Origin: Promethearchaeota archaeon
Lineage (GTDB): Archaea; Asgardarchaeota; Lokiarchaeia; Sigyniarchaeales; SOKP01
DNA: 32,000 nucleotides
Direction: 5' to 3'
Assembly (NCBI GenBank): GCA_030606485.1
Contig: JAUWGH010000010.1
Span: 1-32,000, forward strand
The position numbers and the translations under genes are program-made. Within the stretch, counting starts at the first letter, position 1, and each line of letters starts with the position of its first letter. Below, one piece after another: positions 10,501 through 18,579 of this stretch. The notes under the pieces are model-generated. The model had not been told where the DNA came from. It did not search any database and saw nothing but the letters and a program-made list of their open reading frames with translations.

Positions 10501-13500
10501 ATGTTATAATTCCAACAGTATGAATTATTGGAATAAATAATAGGAATGCTAGGATAAGAAAAGTTAGAGGAAATGGAACAAGAAACAGTAATACAAATCT
10601 ATACTTATCTAAAAGGGGATAGAAAAATAATATTAACACTGAACTAAAAATGAAACAAATAAACATTGGAGACTCTTGAGTAAATGGAAATAATAATGAC
10701 GTAATTGTTAAAGACGTTCCAAACGCCATAATTGTCCAGGGAATTGCTTTATTGAAATTATAAATCATTTTTTCATATCGATTAAAAACGAAGAAGGTCC
10801 CTCCAAATATTGCAATTGCAAAAAATATAGAAAATAGTTCAAGTCCTGGTATAATATAAAACGAGAAGAATGTTAATAAAGAGAAATTTATAATCAAAAT
10901 AATTGAAATAACAAAATGAGTATATTTCTTGTTTAATTTCAGATATTTTGATGAAAACATGCTAAATCCTAAAATAATAAAGGAAATATTAACAGCGATA
11001 AATGGATTGAGAAGAATTGCATATAAGATAAAATAAATTAATAAAAACATTCCAAGCAAAAATGTTGTATATGAAAAAATAAGTATTGTAATTTTACTTC
11101 TTATCATAGGAAAATATGAATAAATCATTGAAAATAGCCCTATAGCGATAAGAACAATAGATGTAATTATCTCGGGCAACATATTTAAAAACATTAAATA
11201 GAAAATTAAAAATACTATATTGATTCCACTTAAAAGAATCCATAATTTTGAAAGAACCTTCCAATACTTTAATTTGTAGATTATAGGCATTAATAAAAAG
11301 ATTGAAATAATTGTAAAAGAAAGATAAGTGAGAAGAAAGTTCTCTCCAAATATATTAAATGTAATCCATGCAACCAATCCAAAGCTTTCAATCCAGAAGA
11401 ATAATAAAATTTGACCAAAGTGTTCCTTAATTTTTGTGTATAGAACGGGTAAATACAACAATGAAGAAATTAAAATTGAAATAATTAATGACCCGTTAAA
11501 ATCTAATGTTCCAAAAAGTGTAAGTGCATTAGTGTATACATCGATATCAAGGAATATTCTATAGATTATGACAAAATTCACGATAGGAAATATATTCCAA
11601 AGCCACCATCCTGCTTTCCAAATTGCCCAAGATATCTTCCATTTATAAATTCCAATTGAAAGATAAAAAAGAAAAATTCCTAGATTTAATGAGATAATTA
11701 GAGGAAGAGGTTCTTCAAGCGGAATCGGTAAATAATATGTAAATAAGAAATATAAAAAGGTAGGAAGAGATATAACAATTGCAGTTAAAAATGTATAGAA
11801 TGAATATTTTCTATATTTCTCAGGAATTTCATTAAATAATAAAACAAATCCGAATCCTGTTATGCTTAAGGTAAAAGTGAAAATTAAAATATTATTAATT
11901 AAATCATCTACAGGGAGTATAAATAAAAATTGATAAGAAATATAGCTAATTACATCAAAAATAATTAATACAATTAAAGTTTTCTTATACAAATGATAAT
12001 TTTTATCCCCAATACGACGAAGGAAAACTGAATAAAAGAATAAAATTATTCCAAGTGAAATAGTGATATTATATAATAGTAAAATATTAGTGAAAGTCAA
12101 GAAAAAGACAAAAGATATTGCAGAAATTGATCCATACAGAATAAATTTTTCAAGATGGAAATGCTTTTTGAGGTTTAAAATTATAGCAAAAAATAATACA
12201 CAAGATAAAGATACTAAATATTCTATAATAAAAAATCCAAGAGGGATCGGCTCAAAAATAGAGAAATCAAAACCTGAATATATATGAAACATTAAATAAA
12301 ATCTTAAAAATGTGATATAACTAAGTAAGAAAATATTTAAAACTCTTAAAATTAAATTTTCATTTCTAACGCGAAAAATTATAATATAAAGAAGAAAGAG
12401 AAAAATGAAAGAAATAAGGGGCTCTATATAAAGAAGACTAATGAAAAGCAATAAATTGAGAGAAAATAATTCAATTAATCGAAATTTAGATTTTCTTTTT
12501 GAATAATAATTTTTTATGAAACAGTAATTTAAAAAAATAAAAATATTCATACATAGAGTTCCAATTAAAATAATTGGATTTTCATTAAAGAATGAAAAAT
12601 TTATTGCAAAACTCCAAAATATTTCAATAAAAAATACAAGAAATGAACCAATAAATGTAAAAATAGTGATATTTTCTATAAGTATTATATACTTATCTAA
12701 TGAAATTCTTGCTTTCTTTAGATATGAAATGGTTATTGGGAATAAAATCGAGAAAATTGCAATAAAAAATGTGATTTTATTAATAATTGAAAATGGCAGA
12801 TAATCTGAAATCAAGAGAATAAGAAATATTTTTACATATAACCAAGAGCCTAATTCTATAATTTCTTTTGTTTTAAAAAAATCTAATCTAAAAACTGATT
12901 CACTTACCTTAAATAAAACTAAAATTGATGAGAAAAAAGAAATAAAATATAAAAAATAATTCAATACAGCAAGATCTGGTGGAAATATTATTATTAAACT
13001 AATAATATTGTGAAATAACAACATCACTAGGTAAGATAACGTAAAAGTAGAACCAAAAAATATTATATTATAGCAAGTTTTTAAAGAACTACTACTAATA
13101 ATCCCCAGTTTTTGCATTTTTTTTAATGTATAAATATTAAAAACGAAAAAAATCAAAATCGATATTGAAATTAAAAACTCATTTATTATAATTGAAAGAA
13201 AAATTACTGACGTTGATATAGAGATAAAAAACCAAACAAATATCTGTGATTTATTGATTAACCTCTGATTAAGTTCTTTATATTTATAACGAATAGATAT
13301 ATATTCTAATAATTTTAAAAAACCAAATATCAAATATAGCGTACAATTAATACCAATTAAAATTAGAAATATACTAAAAAGAATTAACCCTGTATTTAAC
13401 AGATCCAATATGATAATTGTAGGAAGGATAATAATTGAAACCGATAAAGGGATATTATCTATTGCAATAAACTTTTTATACCAATTTTCATGAATTAATT

Positions 13501-15751
13501 TTTTGTAAAAAATATAATAAATTGGAAGATATAAACTAATACAAGACAAAATCACAGGAACAGTTAATACATAATAAGTTCCATAAAAGAACAGAAAAGA
13601 ATAGTAAAAAATGATAAAGGAAAGAAAAATAAATGCAAAACTTGTGAATTTAATTATAAATTCTCTAGAAAAAAGTTCCTCTTTAAGAGAAAAGATATTA
13701 ATTAACACACAAATAATTGCTGTTGATAAAAATATAGAAATTAATAAAAATGAAACATTTAAAACAAAGACTAATTCAAAAAATATGTAAAATAAGATTG
13801 TAAATAATTCACCAGCAACAATGTATGAATTAAACTTTACATAATTTTGATATTTTGAATTCGAAATTTTTCCTAACTTTACTCCAAATTTTAAAAGATA
13901 ATGAAGTGTAATTGAAAAAAATAATAGGTCTAATAATAGAGCTATAATGTTAAAAAAAACTGAAATAATTGAAATAAAAATTGAAGCAAATAAAAACCAG
14001 GAAGCAAAATAACTATAATTTAGAAAATTTCCCTTAGAAAAGATTCCAATAAGGTAATTTAGAAATGCAAACAAAATAAATAATAAAGGGAATAAAATAG
14101 ATGAAATTATTAAAGAATTAAAAAAGAATCCGGGATCTACAGCAGCTACAAGGAAATAAATTCTGAAATTAATTAAAATAAATAGAAAAATTTCGATTAA
14201 AAATGAGATTATAGTCAAACATGTTTTAAAAAAATTTGATGCTTTTCTCTTAAATCTACTAAAATATAATCTATACAGGGAACTTAAGAGAGCAATTAAG
14301 AAGATTAATGCATTTATGAAAAAATATGAATAAGATATAATGAAAGGATCTGAAGTAAAAACAATATATGCACTAAATATAAAAGGAAAAAATAAATAAA
14401 GAATAAGGAAAAAGCTAGAAATGATAAGAAAATCTTGAACAATCGAAGCATTTCTTTTGTCAAGTAATTTAATCTTTGCAAAAATTTCTAGAACAAAATA
14501 TAAAACTATACAAAAAATAATTAATTGTTCATTCCAATTCAATTCTAAAATTCTGAAACAAAAAGAAGCTAAAATTATAATAGTATTAGTCATATAGAGG
14601 ATTCTATTATATTTCTTATCAGAAAAGCCAGCCCTTTCTTCTAAATAAAACAGTATATTAATAAAAACGAGTGATAAAAATGCAAGAATTGGAAAATCCA
14701 AAAATAATAATAGTGAAAATATACTGGTGATTAATGTTAATGAAAGAATAGAATTGATTTTTTGACGATTTTTATGTCTAATTTGTTCCTTTTTTCTCCT
14801 TTCTTCACTTGCCAGTTCTAAATGGTGTGTATAATGAAAATATACATATAACTCAACTTTAAGAAAGATTATAATCAGGCATAAGATAATTAATGATATA
14901 TTAAATAAGTCTAAACTAGAAAGTGGGGGCATTAATGGACTAAATAGCATATGCAAAAGAATTAATAGAATTGATATACAGAAAAAAAGTCCAATATTAG
15001 AACTAACTAATTTTTGTTTAAATTCAATTAATTCATTTAAAAACTTTCTATTTTCCTTTATTGCATTAGTAATTCTAAAACGAACATTTCTTGTAAATAG
15101 AAGCGTAATTCCATAAAAAAATACATTTAGAATAAATAAATAAAACCAGGATAGTTGAGTATAAGATATAAACGCTAAAAATACAATTTGGATTATGTAA
15201 CTAATTATAAATATGAAATTGTGTAAATTGGTAAATATCGAAGTTATACCAACTATGTGCTTAAATCTTTTTTCTGCATCATCAAATAAATCAACTGGCT
15301 TAAAGTAAAAATAAAACCAAGTGATATTATAAATTACTATAAAAGCAATTAAAGGAAAAAGTCCAAATTTTCCAGTCTGCCATTGAGAAGTAATAAATTC
15401 AACTATTGGCGTTAAAAGAACAGCAGCAAATGTGACAAAATAAGAAATATGAATCCTGGCAACTAAATTGTTTTCTATGTTCTTAAAAAATGGTTTATCC
15501 CGATATCTATCAAAACCTATATAAAAGAAAAATAATGAAAAAGTGAGGGCTAAAAGTGAAAAAGCGATTGCAAAATGAAAATCTGATTGTCCCGTAATTT
15601 GAATCGTTATAAAATCTGTAATATAATAGGTTAATAAAGCACAAGCTATTGGAGCAATAATTAAATAAAAACAAAACCACCAAACTTTCCAAATAAACTC
15701 TGTTGCTCTTCTAATTCTCTCTTCAGAATCATTTGATGATTTTGAACTCAT
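7592..15751 (-). CDS. Giant polytopic membrane protein (2719 aa, about 80-85 TM helices by eye)
   Basis: Uninterrupted 8160-nt ORF in very AT-rich DNA with no competing long ORF on the other strand. Hydrophobic 18-25-aa segments alternate with short Lys/Arg-rich loops along the whole length. Confidence 0.93.
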   Translation of the reverse strand: MSSKSSNDSEERIRRATEFIWKVWWFCFYLIIAPIACALLTYYITDFITIQITGQSDFHFAIAFSLLALTFSLFFFYIGFDRYRDKPFFKNIENNLVARIHISYFVTFAAVLLTPIVEFITSQWQTGKFGLFPLIAFIVIYNITWFYFYFKPVDLFDDAEKRFKHIVGITSIFTNLHNFIFIISYIIQIVFLAFISYTQLSWFYLFILNVFFYGITLLFTRNVRFRITNAIKENRKFLNELIEFKQKLVSSNIGLFFCISILLILLHMLFSPLMPPLSSLDLFNISLIILCLIIIFLKVELYVYFHYTHHLELASEERRKKEQIRHKNRQKINSILSLTLITSIFSLLLFLDFPILAFLSLVFINILFYLEERAGFSDKKYNRILYMTNTIIILASFCFRILELNWNEQLIIFCIVLYFVLEIFAKIKLLDKRNASIVQDFLIISSFFLILYLFFPFIFSAYIVFTSDPFIISYSYFFINALIFLIALLSSLYRLYFSRFKRKASNFFKTCLTIISFLIEIFLFILINFRIYFLVAAVDPGFFFNSLIISSILFPLLFILFAFLNYLIGIFSKGNFLNYSYFASWFLFASIFISIISVFFNIIALLLDLLFFSITLHYLLKFGVKLGKISNSKYQNYVKFNSYIVAGELFTILFYIFFELVFVLNVSFLLISIFLSTAIICVLINIFSLKEELFSREFIIKFTSFAFIFLSFIIFYYSFLFFYGTYYVLTVPVILSCISLYLPIYYIFYKKLIHENWYKKFIAIDNIPLSVSIIILPTIIILDLLNTGLILFSIFLILIGINCTLYLIFGFLKLLEYISIRYKYKELNQRLINKSQIFVWFFISISTSVIFLSIIINEFLISISILIFFVFNIYTLKKMQKLGIISSSSLKTCYNIIFFGSTFTLSYLVMLLFHNIISLIIIFPPDLAVLNYFLYFISFFSSILVLFKVSESVFRLDFFKTKEIIELGSWLYVKIFLILLISDYLPFSIINKITFFIAIFSILFPITISYLKKARISLDKYIILIENITIFTFIGSFLVFFIEIFWSFAINFSFFNENPIILIGTLCMNIFIFLNYCFIKNYYSKRKSKFRLIELFSLNLLLFISLLYIEPLISFIFLFLLYIIIFRVRNENLILRVLNIFLLSYITFLRFYLMFHIYSGFDFSIFEPIPLGFFIIEYLVSLSCVLFFAIILNLKKHFHLEKFILYGSISAISFVFFLTFTNILLLYNITISLGIILFFYSVFLRRIGDKNYHLYKKTLIVLIIFDVISYISYQFLFILPVDDLINNILIFTFTLSITGFGFVLLFNEIPEKYRKYSFYTFLTAIVISLPTFLYFLFTYYLPIPLEEPLPLIISLNLGIFLFYLSIGIYKWKISWAIWKAGWWLWNIFPIVNFVIIYRIFLDIDVYTNALTLFGTLDFNGSLIISILISSLLYLPVLYTKIKEHFGQILLFFWIESFGLVAWITFNIFGENFLLTYLSFTIISIFLLMPIIYKLKYWKVLSKLWILLSGINIVFLIFYLMFLNMLPEIITSIVLIAIGLFSMIYSYFPMIRSKITILIFSYTTFLLGMFLLIYFILYAILLNPFIAVNISFIILGFSMFSSKYLKLNKKYTHFVISIILIINFSLLTFFSFYIIPGLELFSIFFAIAIFGGTFFVFNRYEKMIYNFNKAIPWTIMAFGTSLTITSLLFPFTQESPMFICFIFSSVLILFFYPLLDKYRFVLLFLVPFPLTFLILAFLLFIPIIHTVGIITWLMVYFSFLQVIINLFSNLAKKGRIKIKNEYLEIIQKDLILRILNSVCFIINSLFISIWISVLTPISWYNQIFEFLIIWSALLLCSLKYIELSGIKLKVKPLTKFLNGLSLFLYWILPTAILLNVWIFLIEIEVEILFSLFFISLLGSGILFLESFVVDKYLFKYLIPKIRNQIILWSWFVGCNLFSIYLYLFHLDIFLLLLTLSLLNLISTYFLSQINVKYKKISSLLRVYLIYSILIMNSLYFASLISNLISGITVLLIGFPTTLLFLLLSFVLLFFSSLIYNKIVQIKFVLQIEFIFFIFIQILFAIYWITISGIFLLLNFFNIGLLLLIESSFSFYSIYLLNQLYFKEKYLDFKAKGYSLITFCLYIELILLIYSLFESFGFLESSLISLITLFILSIFELYIVKSFRKRYGYLIHTTSYLLISIFLLIFLNRFLIDNPDLLWFNLFLFFTMQFYTNYALFSTLKQFFIMSRFYKKIETLKEKKLFIQGIIGLKFYLFLFIFIQRALGLAPIEYQIMLLSIAVHLMMIIDQYLFKFLLSKWSNSIKIISWISIMISSIMFLDLIFTFAIVFIPLIIIFFIIEFYYLFYLLRNIKIIRTNKTKIKRSLLFLLYVNFISWPLYFASLDILFTINLIIFSSIILFVLSYLDINIRVFKEKSRLKIRRISFLFLGSLLSLNCFLYLGLLLQPYTTNWPFNLSVAMLILLIFIAIDIKPFQKHSLLALPFWIATFLSLSVIVYYFSLSYIWSTVFFVITLLLYPFIFFFEELKKQFGQIIDYVLIKFRALKMKIVNFFNSIKIAILKAYNKLVNFLKQNWKYIWGIIIIIIFIVIFILLEENIAIPPLNLAWFHALPVDLVVTFLLAYPIMRDLASEDPESSFRVKLIYYCIIYGSVVGTLFGFIPPNIFLILFSIIIFGAILLFFIYREEKRGRISIKWRFFTTLIFIILIILTAILLYLQIAGIFILI

Positions 15752-16377
15752 ATTTTTGGTAAAACACCTAAATAGAATTTAAATTCTTAAAAAAAATTTT
15801 CGGTTGGAGGGCTCCTATTAGAATTTAATTTTTATTAGAAAATAATTATATCATTATACCAAATAATTCTTTCTCTTTTATTAGTATTTAAAAGATTTTG
15901 AGACCAATATTTGTCACAGAAAATAATTAAATATTTCAATTTTTTAATAAAACTGTTTGAGGATATTTTCAAATTTATAAATTAACTTAATTTTTAAAAA
16001 TTTTTGATTCTATTCCGATAAAAATTTTTATTATCTCTTTTTAAATTCTATTAAGTTTTTCTGATGATTTCCCTTAATTTTAAAAAAAATCAAACCAATT
16101 AAGTCGATTCAAGGAAGCCATATGTAATGCAGTACAAAATCATGTAGAAATTATTTTTCCACTCTAGAACGTATTGGGAAAATCAATTAAGAAAATAGGG
16201 TTTTAGCGTTATTAAAACTCATAAGCAAGGACATATTATTGAATCTATAGCAAAAAAAGCAATTAAATCTAATGAATAAAACATAAATAAATTAATAAAA
16301 TATATATAAAATTTTAAATATTAACTATTTACATGAATAGCGAGAAGATGTCAGCAAACGATATTCGAGGGGATACA

Positions 16378-16980
16378 ATGAGTATTTGTAATCAACCTCT
16401 TTCAGAATGTAATGATTGTGGTCTTGGCGAAGTTCTAATGTGTAAGTATGAAGTTAAGGATACTATCATCTTTTTGATACCCTTTCTTATTGCTTTCATT
16501 CCTGCCATTATTGGAATTATTTTATCGGGCAATAGCTTGTGGCTCATTGCATACTTCGGATTTTTAATATTCTTTTTTATTATATGGGAAAACCGGATAC
16601 TATGTAGTCATTGCCCATACTATGCTGAAGAAGGGAAAACTCTCCGTTGCCACGCGAACTATGGCTTACCTAAAACTTGGAGCTATCACCCAGAACCGTT
16701 GAGTCACTCCGAACAAATTCAATTCCTAATAGGAGTATTGATTATAGTTGGATTTCCTATGCCTTTCTTGATTATTGGAGAACAATATTTGATGTTGATA
16801 ATCTCAGTAGTAGGGATAATATTCTGGTTATGTGTTTTACAATTAAGAGCCTGTAAAAAATGCATAAATTTTTCTTGTCCCCTAAATCGCATTCCTAAGA
16901 AAATAGTAGATGAATACCTCAAGCATAACAAGGTTATGAGAAACGCGTGGGAGAAAACAGGGTATAGAATTGCAGATTAA
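16378..16980 (+). CDS. Cys-rich four-TM membrane protein, putative metal or Fe-S binding
   Basis: Cys clusters CNQPLSECNDC-x7-C, CSHCPYY-x8-CHAN and CKKCINFSCPLN flank two TM hairpins. GAGGGG precedes ATG 16378; an alternative ATG lies at 16333. Confidence 0.85.
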   Translation: MSICNQPLSECNDCGLGEVLMCKYEVKDTIIFLIPFLIAFIPAIIGIILSGNSLWLIAYFGFLIFFFIIWENRILCSHCPYYAEEGKTLRCHANYGLPKTWSYHPEPLSHSEQIQFLIGVLIIVGFPMPFLIIGEQYLMLIISVVGIIFWLCVLQLRACKKCINFSCPLNRIPKKIVDEYLKHNKVMRNAWEKTGYRIAD

Positions 16981-17240
16981 TCTACTTTAATTGGATGTGC
17001 AAAATTCCTGTAAGAAATGATTTTGAAACCAATTTTTTTGACAAAAAAATTAATTTTTTCAATATTTTTTAAAAAACTAAGAAATCTTATCACTCTGTAA
17101 TATTATAGAATTAAAGGAAATAATTATTGTAATTAATAAATCAATGATTTTTTTTTCATAACAGTAATATTTATATTAAATTGACTTGTTGGTTTCATAA
17201 AAACAGATGCTGTTTTTTATTTTCTGAATACACATAAAAG

Positions 17241-17540
17241 ATGCCAATAAAAGTAAAATTGTATGGAGATTTAAGAGAAAAGGCACCTCAACATAATTCC
17301 AATGCAGGTGCTCCAAGCACATTGAATCTTGAAGATAATGAAATAGAAACGGTATTTGATATTTTAAAGAAATTCAACATAAAAGAAACCGAAATTAGCC
17401 ATATATTTGTAAATCATAAATACAGCAAGTTACAGAAAGAAGTCAAAAATGGAGATAGAGTTGGATTATTCCCAAAGAATATGGGATTAATTTTTGTGGA
17501 AATAATCCACAGTAATTCACATTTTAATTCTGAAAAATAA
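17241..17540 (+). CDS. MoaD/ThiS-family beta-grasp protein lacking C-terminal Gly-Gly
   Basis: IKVKLYGDLRE...TVFDILKKFNI...IFVNH...VKNGDRVGLFP follows the MoaD pattern, but the protein continues KNMGLIFVEIIHSNSHFNSEK. Confidence 0.85.
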   Translation: MPIKVKLYGDLREKAPQHNSNAGAPSTLNLEDNEIETVFDILKKFNIKETEISHIFVNHKYSKLQKEVKNGDRVGLFPKNMGLIFVEIIHSNSHFNSEK

Positions 17541-17627
17541 TTGATAATCCTAATTAATATTATTATAGCATAAATTATGAAATAAAGTAAAAAAATATAG
17601 GAATAAATTGATAATTATATTTGAGGG

Positions 17628-18509
17628 GTGAAGAAAATAAGACTTAAATTATTAGAATTTATATGCTGTCCAGATTGCCATAGTGAATTATCTTTAACAG
17701 AAAAGATAACGGAAGAATTAATTCAAGAAGGACATCTTTACTGCAATAAATGCAAAGATTATTATCCAATTATAGATGGCATTCCTATTCTCTTTAAAGC
17801 AAAATATTTAACTGGAAGTAGATTTAAAGAATCTTTTGAGAAATCAGGCACTTATTGGACTGATTTAAATGCAAAACTTTATGAAAATTTTAGAGCAAAG
17901 TTAGTAACACGTCTTTTTGGAGGCAACATTTTTACATATGATTATGTCAAAGATGCAATAGAACCAACTGCAAACCTTCTTGATATCCAAAAGGGTGATA
18001 CTATTTTAGATATTGCCTGTGGCACAGGACTATTAACAAGACCTTTAGCAAGGAGAGTCGGCGATAGTGGTAATATAGTTGGTCTGGATATTTCATTTGA
18101 TATGTTAAGATATGCTAAAAAATATGCTGAAAGAGATGGTCTATATAATATTGATTTAATAAAAGGAAACGCTGAGTATTTACCATATAAAAATGATTAT
18201 TTTAATGGGGTAGCTTCATCTGGAATATTCCCTAGCGATCTAAATCCAAGTAAAACATTAGATAAAATGTATAGAGTTTTGAAAAAAGGTGGGAAACTCT
18301 CACTTGGCGCTGGTGTTCAATGTAAATACCAAGGTCTCAAAATCAGATTAGTAAGAAAAATTCTAGATATATTAACCAAAATATTTAATATGAGAATTAA
18401 ATGGATTAAACAAGATGAATTAGTTAGATTAGTTGAAACTGCTGGATTTAAAAATGTTCAATATTTGCATCTTGATGGAATTTTATGTATTGTAAAAGGA
18501 AAGAAATAA
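17628..18509 (+). CDS. Trm112-like domain fused to class I SAM-dependent methyltransferase (UbiE/MenG-like)
   Basis: N-terminal LEFICCPDCHSEL...LYCNKCKDYYPIIDGIPIL; motif I LDIACGTG, GLDISFDML, GNAEYLPY, RVLKKGG. GTG start directly after GAGGG. Confidence 0.9.
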   Translation: MKKIRLKLLEFICCPDCHSELSLTEKITEELIQEGHLYCNKCKDYYPIIDGIPILFKAKYLTGSRFKESFEKSGTYWTDLNAKLYENFRAKLVTRLFGGNIFTYDYVKDAIEPTANLLDIQKGDTILDIACGTGLLTRPLARRVGDSGNIVGLDISFDMLRYAKKYAERDGLYNIDLIKGNAEYLPYKNDYFNGVASSGIFPSDLNPSKTLDKMYRVLKKGGKLSLGAGVQCKYQGLKIRLVRKILDILTKIFNMRIKWIKQDELVRLVETAGFKNVQYLHLDGILCIVKGKK

Positions 18510-18579
18510 TATGGCTTAAAACAAATTTAAATATTTATAATAGATCTTAAATCATAGATTCTCAAATTATAGATTTGAA

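Noticed and set aside
15774-15787. Perfect 14-bp palindrome AGAATTTAAATTCT upstream of the giant gene
   Set aside because: Almost all A/T; such palindromes are expected by chance here (others near 20591 and 24953). Could be an operator, but there is no support.
15810-15822. GGCTCCTATTAGA resembling the stem of elements A/B
   Set aside because: No complementary partner about 100 nt away and none of the internal motifs.
16100-16280. Possible methyltransferase C-terminal remnant (FHSRTYWENQLRK*GFSVIKT...IESIAKK)
   Set aside because: Needs a frameshift and a stop read-through; the resemblance is too short to support.
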